The notes below the pieces were generated by a model. It did no database searches and was not told the origin of the DNA. It was given only the letters and a program-made list of their open reading frames with translations. From NCBI GenBank assembly GCA_001643675.2, contig LSRY02000063.1, forward strand, positions 1-64,000: a stretch of DNA of 64,000 nucleotides, given 5' to 3'. Source of the stretch: Monocercomonoides exilis PA203. Lineage: Eukaryota > Protista > Preaxostyla. Below, piece after piece: positions 50,828 to 62,653 of the stretch. The position numbers and the translations under genes were made by a program. Within the stretch, counting starts at the first letter, position 1. The number at the start of each line of letters is the position of its first letter.

Positions 50828-52290
50828 CTAATCAAATTTGCGTATGACTTTTCTTTTTCCCTCACCTCGCTCAATTTTATCAGATGATTCTTTCTCCATA
50901 TCGTTCTCATCTTGAAGTATTTTGAATTTTCTTTGCAGCTTTTTTGTGAAATTCATTGTTTCATCATATTCTTCATCAGAAATGTTTTCTAATTTATTTT
51001 TCATTTCGCTTTTCTTTTTCAAATAATCATCCCACTCTTTTGGCACCTTTTCTTCTGTTATTTCTTTGCCGCAGAAGTCAAATCGATTTTTATGTGAAGG
51101 AAGAGGATAAGTCGATGCTAGAGGAAGCTTCATTGTGAACAACTCCAATGATTCTTTCAGCATGCTTCTGCACTTAATTGCTCTTTTTGTGACTGAAGGG
51201 AATGGAGCTGAATGAATTGATTGCTGCAGTGCTTCAATCAGAACTGTTCTCTTCGCTGCTGAAGACGACGACGAAGGCGCTTTGCATTGAGATCTCATCT
51301 CAGACTTCATGACTGCGAATACGCCTCGGTCCAGTGGCTAACAGATGTGTGTGCTGTGAGGGACGAATGTCACAACATCCACATTTTCTTTTTTGAACTC
51401 TCGCCAGATTGTTGGATCTGCTCGAGAAATGTGGGAGTCGATTAGAAACAAGCAGTGCGATTCGTCGAGTGACATGCGTTGCCTTCTTTCTTTGATCAAA
51501 GGGAGAAGAATTGTGAGTGCATATTTTCTGAACGAAAAAGATTCCATCCATCCGCATTTGTTTGCAAAATCTCAAGATTTGAAGATTGAAAAGGCTTCAA
51601 GTCATCAGGAAGTTTGAGAATCGGCCTCAGAATCACTGAAGGAAGTGATTGACCATCAGCTGCAACCTCCGCAATCAGTGTGGAATTCGCCATTCGCTCC
51701 GCAAATTTAGCGAAACCGGGTTTTGCATTTGCAGGATGAACAAAATTCCAATTGGAGCTACCGGGGACCCTGAGTGATGACTCGTCTACGTTGAAAATCG
51801 GTGCATTGTTGTTATTATTGTTCTAATGAAATCCATTGAGCATATCATACCAGGACTTCAGAACTTGTTGGCATGAGACGGCAAGTCTGTTTGCATCAAC
51901 AATTTTCGGCTTTGATGTCTTCAGCTCGGTATGTTTTTTTGATGAAATCGTAGGCAACTGACACAGAAACTTTAACATCTGGTGTGTTTTCTGGTCAAAA
52001 ATTATTTTCAACATTTTCAATCGAATTAAAATTTATTAATGCATTTCAATGAATATTTATGCAAACCAGTTCACGCATTTTCTTGATTGTTAAGCTTGCT
52101 CCAGACAGTGATTCTATTTTTATTTCGTCCAGCACTGTTTGCTCCTTTTCGCCAATGACCACAGCAGGTCTTCTAATGTTTGAAACAAATCTGCCTTGCC
52201 GAACAGCCTTCACCTCACGCTTGATTTGAATTTTGCTGAATTTTTCGTTGTCGTATGTATCCACCATACGAACAGTTCCATCGTTGACTA
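50828..52290 (-). pseudogene. pogo/Tigger-like (DDE_1, CENP-B-type HTH) transposase remnant, main part
   Basis: RRPAVVIGEKEQTVLDEI..SLTIKKMRE (HTH-like), IFNVDESS, LFLIDSHISR and FVPHSTHIC*PLDRGVF are characteristic DDE_1 motifs; frameshifts and stops present. Confidence 0.85.
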
Positions 52291-52582
52291 TAGGCCTTTG
52301 CAACATACTGACTTTGTCAAATTGATTCGACAATTTGACCGACGATGAAATTCAAAACTCTTTTTAGAATCATTTATTTGGAAAATTAAAAAAAAATGAA
52401 TAACATTTAATTTCAAATATTTTTTTTGCTCTATTTATTTTGAGAATTATAAAAATGAATAATAAAACATGAAAATGCTAAAATAGTTTTTTTATTGTCA
52501 AATCAACAGATCTTTTCAACTTGATCATGTCTAGATCAATCTGTCTGTTGAGATCAGTCGGTTTGTCGAGATCATTTGAATA

Positions 52583-55562
52583 ATGAGTGACATAACTCAA
52601 AATGACTTTATTGAAGAAGTGCCGATAGAATTACAAAGATCCTTGTCAGCGAAAAATATTGTTTGGCAATCTTATTTTATCCCAGCGTGTTTAGTTATTT
52701 ATTTTATAATATTATTCATCTTTGTAGCTTGAAGCGTTTGAAAGAAAAGTTGAGGAATTGAAAAACAATGAATGCTCATTTGTTGAATTAGAAAGAACAA
52801 ATATGTCAAGCAGTGGAAATTGTATGTCTTTCATTTAACTTTTTTTTAATTTGCATATATCTTTTCAAAAATTAGTCTGCAAACACCCAAATAACACTGG
52901 AGAAGAAATTGGAAAGATTCACTTTGAAATATGCGATGGAAAGCTTTGGTTGGCATATACTCCTGTCAAGATGGATGGATTGTTAAAAAAAGATGGACAC
53001 ATATATTTCTTGAGTCCAAACAGCAAACACGGTATAAACTGTGCCATCTCCGGAAGAAAAGGATGTGACAAAGTTACAAATCATCGATGCGCATTGACGA
53101 CTGCATCTTCTATTTTGCCATACTTCAAGTTTCATCCATCTTCAACTTGATTTTCTGAAGTTCCTTCAAAGAAAATTGTTCCAACTCATTTTCAATTTGA
53201 TTCATTAATTGAACAATTTTTGCATTTAATTGGTTACTGCAATATTGCGTTTCTTTCTGCTTACTCCAACGAATTCAACAAATTTATTTTTTCTTTATTA
53301 TCACTTCTCAACAAAATCCAACTCTTTCACCGACAACCATATTTCCTGCTCTCACATATAGAAAGCTGACAGCACTTATTCAAGAAGAAGGAAAGAAAGA
53401 AATTGCCAATAGAAATACAAAGATTTATAATTCAATGGTTGGCGTCATGATGGATGGAGGTGTTGTTGCAGGAAAAAAATACACTGTCATCACTATTGTT
53501 CCGTTGCAGACAAAGGCATCTCCATTTTTCAGGAAAATTGAAAAGGCATGCTTCACAACTTCCGATTATTTTCATCTAGCAAAAGAAATTATTGGAGAAA
53601 TAGCTGATTTGAAAGGAGAGGTGTGCTGCTTTTGTACTGAGGGCTTGCTGCCACAAAAACTCGCAATTCAAAGCTTCACAGATCAGACAAATTCGAGCTC
53701 AATCACAGAAACACGGAAAAAAATTTCTCCTCTATTTGTTTACTGCTGCAACCATTTAATTAATTGAATTGTCACGCGCATTTTTAAAGATAATTCATTT
53801 TTCGTGCAATTAAAAGAAGAAATAACGTCATTTTCAAAAATTTCAAGTAACGAGTCCACGAAAAATCCATTTTTACAGAAATGCCCTTCGTTCATTGAAA
53901 CAAGATGGCTATATCCTTTTGACATGTGTTTTTTATTTCATAAAATATAAACAATATCTCATTTACAGACTATTTCTGCAAAGAAAAAATAGATGACGTG
54001 ATCCGATGTGAATTATTACTGATACCTCTGAAACAACTGCAATTGTTCTTTGAAAAAGACTATACAAAGCTTGGAATTGTGTTTCTAATTATCCTTAAAT
54101 CTATTGCGCAATACATGTGGTTGCAAGATCTTGAGGAATTTTCTTCCCCCGATTGGCAATATGGAGTTTGCTTTATTGTAATCCAACTGTTCAATTCATT
54201 TTTAGGGAAAGAACGAGGAGATCAAATCGCTTTGGCTCATTCCTTCACTCCGATTGGTACACTTGACTATAGAAACGGTTTGTTTTTAAAATCTTATTCA
54301 ACAGAGTTCATGATATTGAAAGAAAAAATACAGATCTTTCAAATGTTCATCAGTGTTTTCAAAGGATTCAGATCAAACTCAAATTCAAAGGATGCGTTGC
54401 GATTCATATATTCAATCCACAAAAGATATGATGCCAAGTAACCGGAACTTTCTTTGTCCTTCGAAAAAGGTTTCAGATTCTATATCTTTAAAGAATCAAC
54501 CGAAAAAGTTACAAGCAATTTCTCGTGTCATGGAAGGAAAGAACAGCAAAGATCAATTTTGGTAGACAAACAATTAGCTCTTTCATTTTTTTCGAAGAAT
54601 GAAAAAACTAATTTTCCGACTAATTTTCCTCACCCAATATTCTCTTCTTCATTATCAGTTGAGACTTTTTATTCTGCTCTTCAACTAATAAACCCAGAAA
54701 ATGATAGAATAGTAGAAGCAATTACCGAAACACAAGTTCAATTTCAGCCGCTTCCAAAAGATTTGCACTCTGCATCATCGGCTTCGCCAATCGATAGCCA
54801 AACAACAGTTTGCTGCATTTATTAACTCTTTTGACAGAAAATTCACTTATTGAAAAAGAAGCAATTTTGAATGAAGAGAAAAGCCTCGATGAAATTGATT
54901 TTGATGAAACAGGCATTTTTCAAGCAGAAAACGATTCGGCGGATGATGAATATGAGGAATGCTCTAACATTTCTGAACGAAGCGAACAGAATTTTTCAAT
55001 TTATGAAACAAGAAATAAACACTCACATATCGAAGAAAGTGATTCACAATCAAATTCAAACGAAAAAAAGGAAGATGAATGTTCAGATAATGAAAAAAGC
55101 CTTTCAAAAGATGATTATGATGTTGAAGAACTCGGTGAAAATGAATTTATTATCACAGACTGCACGAAGACAACAGAACAAATTAAGAAAGCACTTTCAA
55201 AAATCCAACAATCTATTTGCATGGACTGGTTTTTCCGATTGAAGTCAGTATTCAATGATTATTTGTCCAAAATATCTTGTTTGAAAGCTTCTAGTCATAT
55301 TGAGAACATTAGAGCTTTATTTTCATCAATGTTACTGGATAATACTCAAAACGTGGATCATACTAATACTCAAATTTTCTATTCTGAAATTTTAAAGCAA
55401 GAATCAATATCCACAATTTTTGCAAACATTTGTTATTCGTTGACGATGTTTCCGTGCCGCGAAGAATCTTGTGAAAGAATTTTCTCTAGCTTGAGACGAA
55501 TTGTTGGAGATAGAAGGTTCTCGCTTGAACCAGAAACACTCAACGCATTGCTTTTATTGTAG
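52583..55562 (+). pseudogene. Degenerate hAT transposase, paralogue of 40360-43512
   Basis: HPNNTGEEIGKIHFEI, MMDGG, FCTEG, YCCNH, ETRW, SCERIFSSLRRIVGDRR; introns 52661-52727 and 52822-52875; several stops and frameshifts. Confidence 0.9.
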
Positions 55563-56450
55563 AAGTTTATATTTTTAACAATAAAACATTCGACTGCTAT
55601 AGCTATCTTTTTTCATTTCAGTGAAGAATTCTGAATATATTTGAATTCAAATGAAATTTCTTGACAAACAATGAGGTTTGTTGAACAAAGTTTGCAATTG
55701 AAATTTCACTGAACTGTTTTTGAAACAAACTTTCGATATTTATCATTAATAGAAGAATCTTATTGTGAATATGTGGAATTGTGAGTTACAAATACGAGGA
55801 ATGTCAAATATTCTTTCAAACTTCCAATCAAAAACAATATTTCAGTGCACAAATATGTTCGTTCTATTTAATTTATTTTTCTACTCCGTTTTCAGATGCT
55901 TGTTATACACATAAATCCATTTAACAACGTTTGTTAAACTTTTATTTTGTGTTCGAACGTTTTTCATTCTGCAGAATGAAGAGCGATGTTCATAACTGAT
56001 AATAATTACTATTCATCTAAAATTTTCTGAGAAATAGTATTTTTTCATATCGCCAATCAAAAGAAAGTTTGTTTGCAACATAATGGTCTATTGTTCATCC
56101 AGTTTAATAGTTCAAGTGGATTCAACTTTGAGATAATGCTTCAATTGTTTATTAAGGAATCAGCATTTGTGAAATAATTGTTTATATATGTGAATGCAAT
56201 TAAATATAGATTCTTATTGGAAATCACGAATAAAAAATATTGTATATAGATGAGTTCAAAAGAAATAATGAAATTTATCTCCATTGTTCGATAACTCTCA
56301 CGAAAAAAGATAATTCACAGGATATATTATGTTAATGCGAAGTGAGTATTGGTTTTTGTATCAATTAATTAATTAATTATTAAATAAATAAGAAAGCAAA
56401 AAAATGTAGAAAAATTTTCTAAATTGCAGTTAAAAAATGACAAAACTCCT

Positions 56451-57620
56451 TTAACATTTTGCAATATAATAAAATAACCACACAATCTCAAAGCTTGAAA
56501 CGACCTCAAGAAGCTTCAGACAAGTTTCTGATATTTTCTGCCTTTTTCTTGAAGCAATCTTTTTCCGCTTCATCTTCACCTCATACTCCCCATACGGTAC
56601 TTGAAGAGTCAGGCCCTCCCACAGCATCATCCCAATCAGGAACACAACAAACTCCTTCGTTGCACACATCTTCTTGTTAATCTGCAGCTCGTGTGCCTTC
56701 CACCTCAGACACTCTTTTTTGAAATTATCATCCTCCTCAAACGCTGATATAGGAGTTGAAGAATCTGTGAATCTCCCTCTCATCAGTGAGATATTGGAGG
56801 AAGAAGAAACAATTGTCAATGAAGAGATTGATGATGAACCCCTGTCCGAAGAACAACAAGAATGCAAGAAAACGCGGATCACCATTTTCTGAGAAGAAAA
56901 TAGTGCGAAAATCCGTATTGTTGAGCTTTGGCAATTCCATTATCTTATCAAACGAGTGAAGCGTTCTATAAATCATTCAGAGCATGATCTGTTCAGCTGT
57001 TACTTTTATCTTTTCCTGTGACCAAATTACCATATCTTTTGAAATGTTCTCAATCAGGAAGAGAATGTTGTAAATAACTCAAATTAACAATCAGCTTATT
57101 CAATTTAAAAAAAAAGGCACCACATTGATAAGGCTTTCAAATGATACAGTTGTAAAATTTTATTTCTTGATAAAAATTAAAATTTGTTAGAATAAAGAAA
57201 AAATGAAGAAGACACTTGGAAAAAAAAAATCATATCGCACCATTTCATTATTTTTTTTTTCATCTGCTTTTTCATGCAACCAGCATAAAATATTATCTAA
57301 ATCGTGTAAATTTTGACTTCTGTATTTCTGCTCTTTGCCAACGAGCAATCAGAAAAATCGGAAATAACTTTAATCTTATCCAAAAATTATTCATAAAAAA
57401 AACTAATACTTTTCAGTTTCCTTCGACACTCTTCTTTTTTCTCTTCCTCGTTTAAAATCAAAAAGATGAATCGATTTCATAATGACAAAAATATGATAAT
57501 GAACAACAATACAAACAATTGCAATAATTTAATATATGAAATGATTATTTATCCATGAAATCTCTCCAATCGCTCTTTTCTGTTTTTTTTCCTTCAATTT
57601 AACATCATTCGAACGTGAGG
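56451..57620 (-). pseudogene. Cargo: decayed TM + kinase-like tail of the receptor family inside hAT-2
   Basis: SAFEEDDNFKKECLRWKAHELQINKKMCATKEFVVFLIGMMLWEGLTLQVPYGEYE; upstream remnants TLHSFDK and KLIVNL, plus a hydrophobic TM-like remnant near 57480-57540. Confidence 0.85.
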
Positions 57621-58080
57621 AAAGTTGAGCTTGCTAAAGAAATCAATCAACTTTGATTCTTCAATTTTTTCATCATTGTTGACAAGTGAAAATCAAATCA
57701 GGAATTTCACCTTTTGTAGTTTGAAATCAATAGAAATAACGAAAGTTGAAAACTACATTTATAATGACAAAACCAAAATGATACAAAAACAGATACAATA
57801 AGAAACAAGGATTTGTTTACAAATAAATTCTCCTTTTTTCAAAAAACAAACTATGATAGCTGAAACTTCTTTTCATATATATGTGAGAACTGCGGTTAAC
57901 AACATATTTAAATTGATAGGTCATAGTTGAAATGAAAAACAATATTGATCAATCCCATATCAACATGATCAATCTCTTATTAATAATATTGTTATGAAAA
58001 TAATCGAAAAGTTTTTATAGAAACAATTAAACAAGAAATAGATAAATTTGATTCACTGTTATTTTATTATTTTTTCATTT

Positions 58081-58114
<34 letters not shown>

Positions 58115-58182
58115 ACATATCGACACTAGTTGATTTTTCGACCGACACAAAACACAAAAAATATAATTGTCGCAAAGGCTCA

Positions 58183-58259
58183 GTTAACTATGTGCGCCAT
58201 TCTCTCCAGCGGATTCCGAAATTGCCTGTATTTGTCAAAATTTTTATGTAAAGTGACAT
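58183..58259 (-). pseudogene. Displaced 5' end of the pogo-like transposase
   Basis: Reads ..FDKYRQFRNPLERMAHIVN and joins DGTVRMVDTY at 52282 in frame once hAT-2 and one TSD copy are removed. Confidence 0.8.
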
Positions 58260-58675
58260 AAGATCAAAAATGTGACCCATGGAAGTTAATTCATTATCAT
58301 TCCGTTTCCATAATTATTATAAAAATTTGAAACAAGCATGAAAATGTTCGTTTGTTAATTGCAAACTTATAAATGAGAAGAAATGTTTTGAAGCAAAAAA
58401 TTATACATCCAAGTATTTGATCAAAATTAAAATTTTTGTTATTCAGTGAAAAAGGGTTTTTCTTGATTTAACTGTTTTGCAATTGTTGATTTATGAAATT
58501 TTCATAGTATGTTTCGATTATTTTTTGAGAATATTTTTTCGATAATAAGAATTCTTGTATTGTATAAAATGGGTATTTTTCATTGCTCATAATGAACATC
58601 AATGTTTCATAGAAGCTAATAAAAATAATTAAAGTCAAAATAAAAAAAATTATTTTCAAAATTGATGGTTTGTGA

Positions 58676-61600
58676 TAGGCCTGTGTGGCATGACAAATCA
58701 TAAAAGTCGTGTTGGTCAAATTACATCAGATAATTCCATTTTTAAATTTATTTTTGCACAATACAGTGAAAAGTGAATATTCATTTATTTTTTTGTCAGA
58801 CATAATTATGAACCTTCATTTTTTATACGATTCTTCTTTTTTTGAACCATAAATAAAACATTTTTTGAAAATTTTTAGTATGGATATTATTTCACATTGT
58901 GAAAATGCAATCAAGCAACGAAAAATCTCCTCGAATGAACAAACGTTACTGAAAGTTAATTACACATCATAATTGATGAAATCGAAGGAGATTAGCTTCT
59001 GTCAGCATTCCAATCATGAAAACAAAAAGTTTGCAAACAAACATAATTTTTAACGTGAAATATAACGATTTTTCTTTTCCACATTATTGAATAAATGTCC
59101 ATATTCAAGTGGTTTTTTAAAACAAGCGTTTGAAAAGACATAGGAGCAGACAACTTTTTTCTGTCAGCTGATGCAGTATAAAAGCAACAGAATGGATTTC
59201 AAAAAGAAGTGACAATGAGTGTATATCTTAAAGTTGCAATTTTAAAAGAGAAAACTCGCAAATAAACATCAAAAATTGTGTTTTCCGGGAGAATTGAATA
59301 CTCTCGAGCGAAAACAGAAGAATTTCTATTAATACTCATTTGAAAGGGAATGCAGAATTAAATTTTTCTTCATACACATTTACAGGATACAGAACACAAT
59401 TAAAAGATGGGAAGATTGGCTTTGGAAATAGAATAATTCTGAAGTTGATTGATGATTGTTCTTCATATGTGATCTCATCCTCTGTTTTTGAGGCAGACAA
59501 GCCAAATATTGCTAAATATGGAAATGACCTGTTTGTTGAATCACCAAACTTGACAAAGAGCATCAAAAACACCTCCCTTCCATTTGTGACTGGGTATCTG
59601 CCCAATTTTTCCTTGGATTCTATGAGAGGCTTTGATGGGAGTGACGCAACGAACGCCATTCCATTGGTTTATTTCTGGCGAACATTTGGACCAGATATAT
59701 TTATTGGGAGCGAAGGTTGTGATGTGTGTATTTGCGGATTGTCAGATTATCCTTGCCTGTCAATCGACCATTCATTAACGAGATTGCCTGAAGGAAACGA
59801 AAGGAATATCAAGATCAATGGAAAAGGAATTCTTCAAAAGAGTGTCAATCTCGGTGTGGTGACGATAAAATCGGATAATAGCCTCATTTGCTCCTTGGAA
59901 TGTCGTGCTTCGCTTGAAGGATCAGAATAAGCAGCAATAAAGATTTCTGGGATCACAAATTTCGAACTGATACAGTTTGTGATTCCATCTTCATTTGCAA
60001 GTGGAGTGAATGTTTTGATGCAGGTTGGCTCAAGCGAGGGATTGTTGACTGAGAAAGACTGCTCATTCACCAAAAAACGAGATGACAGTGAAGAAGTAAC
60101 TCATTATGGACTGATCAAAGCAGAAGGAGGGACAGTTGTGTTGGACTTTGTGACAATGCAATCACTATGCTTTTCAAAAGATTTTGTTTCGGTGCTTTCA
60201 CCAACAATTCTGAATATCAAAAATCTGACAATGAAGAATGTTGAGCTGGAAGGGGAAAGCTGATTGAGCATATCAAAGAGTTCAAAAAGAAAGAATAATG
60301 AAGAGGAACAAGATGTTATCGTTGAGTGGAGTTCATAGGAAGAAATCACCCAGAACACAACAAAAAAAAGAACTTTTAAACCAGAGTGAGCATCCGCTTG
60401 TTCGAGTCCCCGTTCTCTGTACTTATCCATCTCGATACTACAATCCAACACCACCCCGCCATCTTCGTTTCCTATGCAAACTTCCAGAGGGAGTGCCTGA
60501 TCTTCCTCTTCGACTTATCATTTTCACACTCTGGAAGTTTTGCAAAACACCACACCTGCAGCAGTCTCTTCCTCTCCTTTGTCCATCCTGCTTCGTTTTC
60601 CATCTCTCCTGCTGCACACACAGCGCAACTCAACTCCTCCATGCTCGCCATCAAGTATAATCCCTTGACTGTCTTCAACTGCTCTATCTTGCATCTTGTT
60701 TCACTTTCTTATCATTTCTCCTCTCCACCGCTGTCAACAACATAGCACTCATACATATTTTCCTTCAGGGGCTTTTGCTTTCAATCTGCTCCAGAGCGCC
60801 TCTGCATCCAGATTAGCTTCGTTTCATTTGGTGTTTTCATCGTGCGGAATCATATGCCTCCCCTCTTTAGCCAAAGGAGATCTCGCTTTTTCCGACTCAT
60901 ATTTCTTCGATTGAACTTATACAGGTCCCAGCACCTCCTTCGGCTCGTCTGTGCTATTTGTGTCTTCCCCATCCACATTTATAGTCCTGTTCAACTGCAA
61001 CTGCTTGCGACGTGATCAATTCTCTGGCAGCGAAGCAAAAAAACAGATACTCCAAGGAAACGTTGTTCTCGTGAGGAATGCACACGAACTCTCGTTGGTG
61101 GCGTGAATTATTGAAGATCTCACATCGAATGCTCTTCAAAAACAAAAAGGGAAAGCAGCCACAGCATTTCCTCGTTTATCTGTGCAACACAACAGCAGTC
61201 ATCATCAATCTCAATTTGGCAAGAGCAAATGATGGTGCTTTGTCTATCTCTATAAGTGCTGTCAACATCAAAGATTCAACTTTTTGTGGGCAACATCCCC
61301 TCTGGACGAAACAGCACTTCGTAAAGCAGACAATCGTCTTCCCTCCTGAAAATCACCTACTCCGATTTTAACTCGCTGACTATAGCGAACTTGATAGGAT
61401 TCATTCACACATCAATGATTTATTTGTTCTCATTTTCTTTAATAAAAGAAATTTGTTTTTTCAATTCTGGCTTGAATTAAATATTGATATATATTTTTGA
61501 CAATAAAAGATATATGATTTTCATTTGTTTTTCGTTGTTGATTAAAAATAGTTCTGAGAACGTTGAATTTGTGTGATTTTTGAAAACTTGACAAATAAGA

Positions 61601-62299
61601 CAATGATGTTAAACTGCACATGTTTGGCAAGACTTAATAAGAAAATTAAAGCGATACAGTGTAAATTTGAAAAACATTTAGAGCTCTTTGCTTTTGAGGT
61701 GTCAATAAACAAAAACTGTTAATGAAAATGGTGAATTCTCATCACAGGATATTTTTTCATCAGTTTTTTCAAAAATAGAAAAATGAAAACTGAAACAAGA
61801 ACAGAAAAAACGCAAACGTTTATCATCAAACACTTCGATAACTGTTAAAATCATTTGAAGCAATCAAATAATATAAATACAGTATTTTGAGATCAATAAA
61901 TGACAAATGAGAACATGTCACAGAAACAAATGAAAAGCATTGGCTTTTATGTTTCCACTCAATAAAATGCGCATATCAAAAAATGACAAAATGTCAAAAT
62001 GACTGATCTGACTTGTCAGTGACAGATCTGAAAAGTGACAAAACAACAATATTACAATTTGATCTATTTGTCACTTACAAAAAAATGATTAGAAAGTGTT
62101 TTAATTTTCATGGAAAGTTGAGTAAAATAAGATATAAAAACATAGATATGTTTATAAATGTTTAAAACGAAAAAATAAACAATTGTTTTAATTTTCACCA
62201 TAAAAAATTTGAGTTACAAAAAAAATTGACAAATTGAAAAAATTGTGTCTGTCACTTTTGAGTTTTATCCGATTTTTCGTGTCATGTCACACAGGATTA
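58676..62299 (-). mobile_element. Candidate non-autonomous hAT-like element (TIR pair, no preserved TSD)
   Basis: TAGGCCTGTGTGGCATGACA at 58676 versus TGTCATGTCACACAGGATTA ending at 62299 (17/20). Dense TGAC/GATCAGTC-like motifs at 61980-62080. Flanks GTTTGTGA and GCATCAAA do not match. Confidence 0.5.
59340..60350 (+). pseudogene. Fragment of a large Cys-module surface protein (same broad family)
   Basis: NIAKYGNDLFV, NAIPLVYFW and DVCICGLSDYPCLSID parallel NMASYGKDVCV, VIPLVVYLW and DFSGCGYSEAPCSSIE; in-frame stops at 59930 and 60263. Confidence 0.75.
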
Positions 62300-62653
62300 G
62301 CATCAAATAAAAGAGTCAGAATGAAAAACGATTTTTACAAAAATGTTAATACTTTGTTGAATTGGTGTAAATGTTTCAGAAAAACTATAATTTTAATAAA
62401 ATTTAGTTTAATTAATCAGGATTAATTTTTTGAAATGCATACGTTAAACATCTGCCTTTCTTCTTTAAATGAAAATTTATTTCACTCTGCCAAAAATTTC
62501 AATTTTAAAAAAACTTGAAAATTTTATATTATGGTAAATCAAAAGAAAAATTTTTCTTTTGCAACAACGAGCTATCGCGTTGTATAATATTTTGTATCTA
62601 TTTGGTCAAATTATTTTGAAAATCACTTTTTGTTCCTTTTATATATTTCGGGA

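Larger units (their letters stand above)
52291..58182 (+). mobile_element. hAT DNA transposon (hAT-2, 5.9 kb) with host-gene cargo, nested in the pogo-like gene
   Basis: TIRs TAGGCCTTTGCAACA (52291-52305) and TGTCGCAAAGGCTCA (58168-58182). TSD GTTGACTA (52283-52290) / GTTAACTA (58183-58190), 7/8 match. Subterminal sequences at both ends are similar to hAT-1. Confidence 0.9.

Noticed and set aside
42553-51340. In-frame TAG codons at positions where paralogues or consensus have Gln (42553, 44258, ~51340) could suggest TAR=Gln recoding, as in some oxymonads
   Set aside because: The 2.7k-aa ORF, transportin and amylase contain no internal TAR, and amylase and both transposases end in TAA/TAG at the expected place. 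CAR-to-TAG decay in pseudogenes explains it.
58083-58113. Poly-A run near the hAT-2 right end as a retroposition tail
   Set aside because: Wrong strand and wrong end for the cargo, no flanking duplication; A-runs are common here.
50497-58370. Possible pogo TIRs (caattataaaccgaaca at ~50500 versus tgttcgtttgttaattg at ~58345-58361)
   Set aside because: Match too weak in AT-rich DNA and no clear TA duplication.
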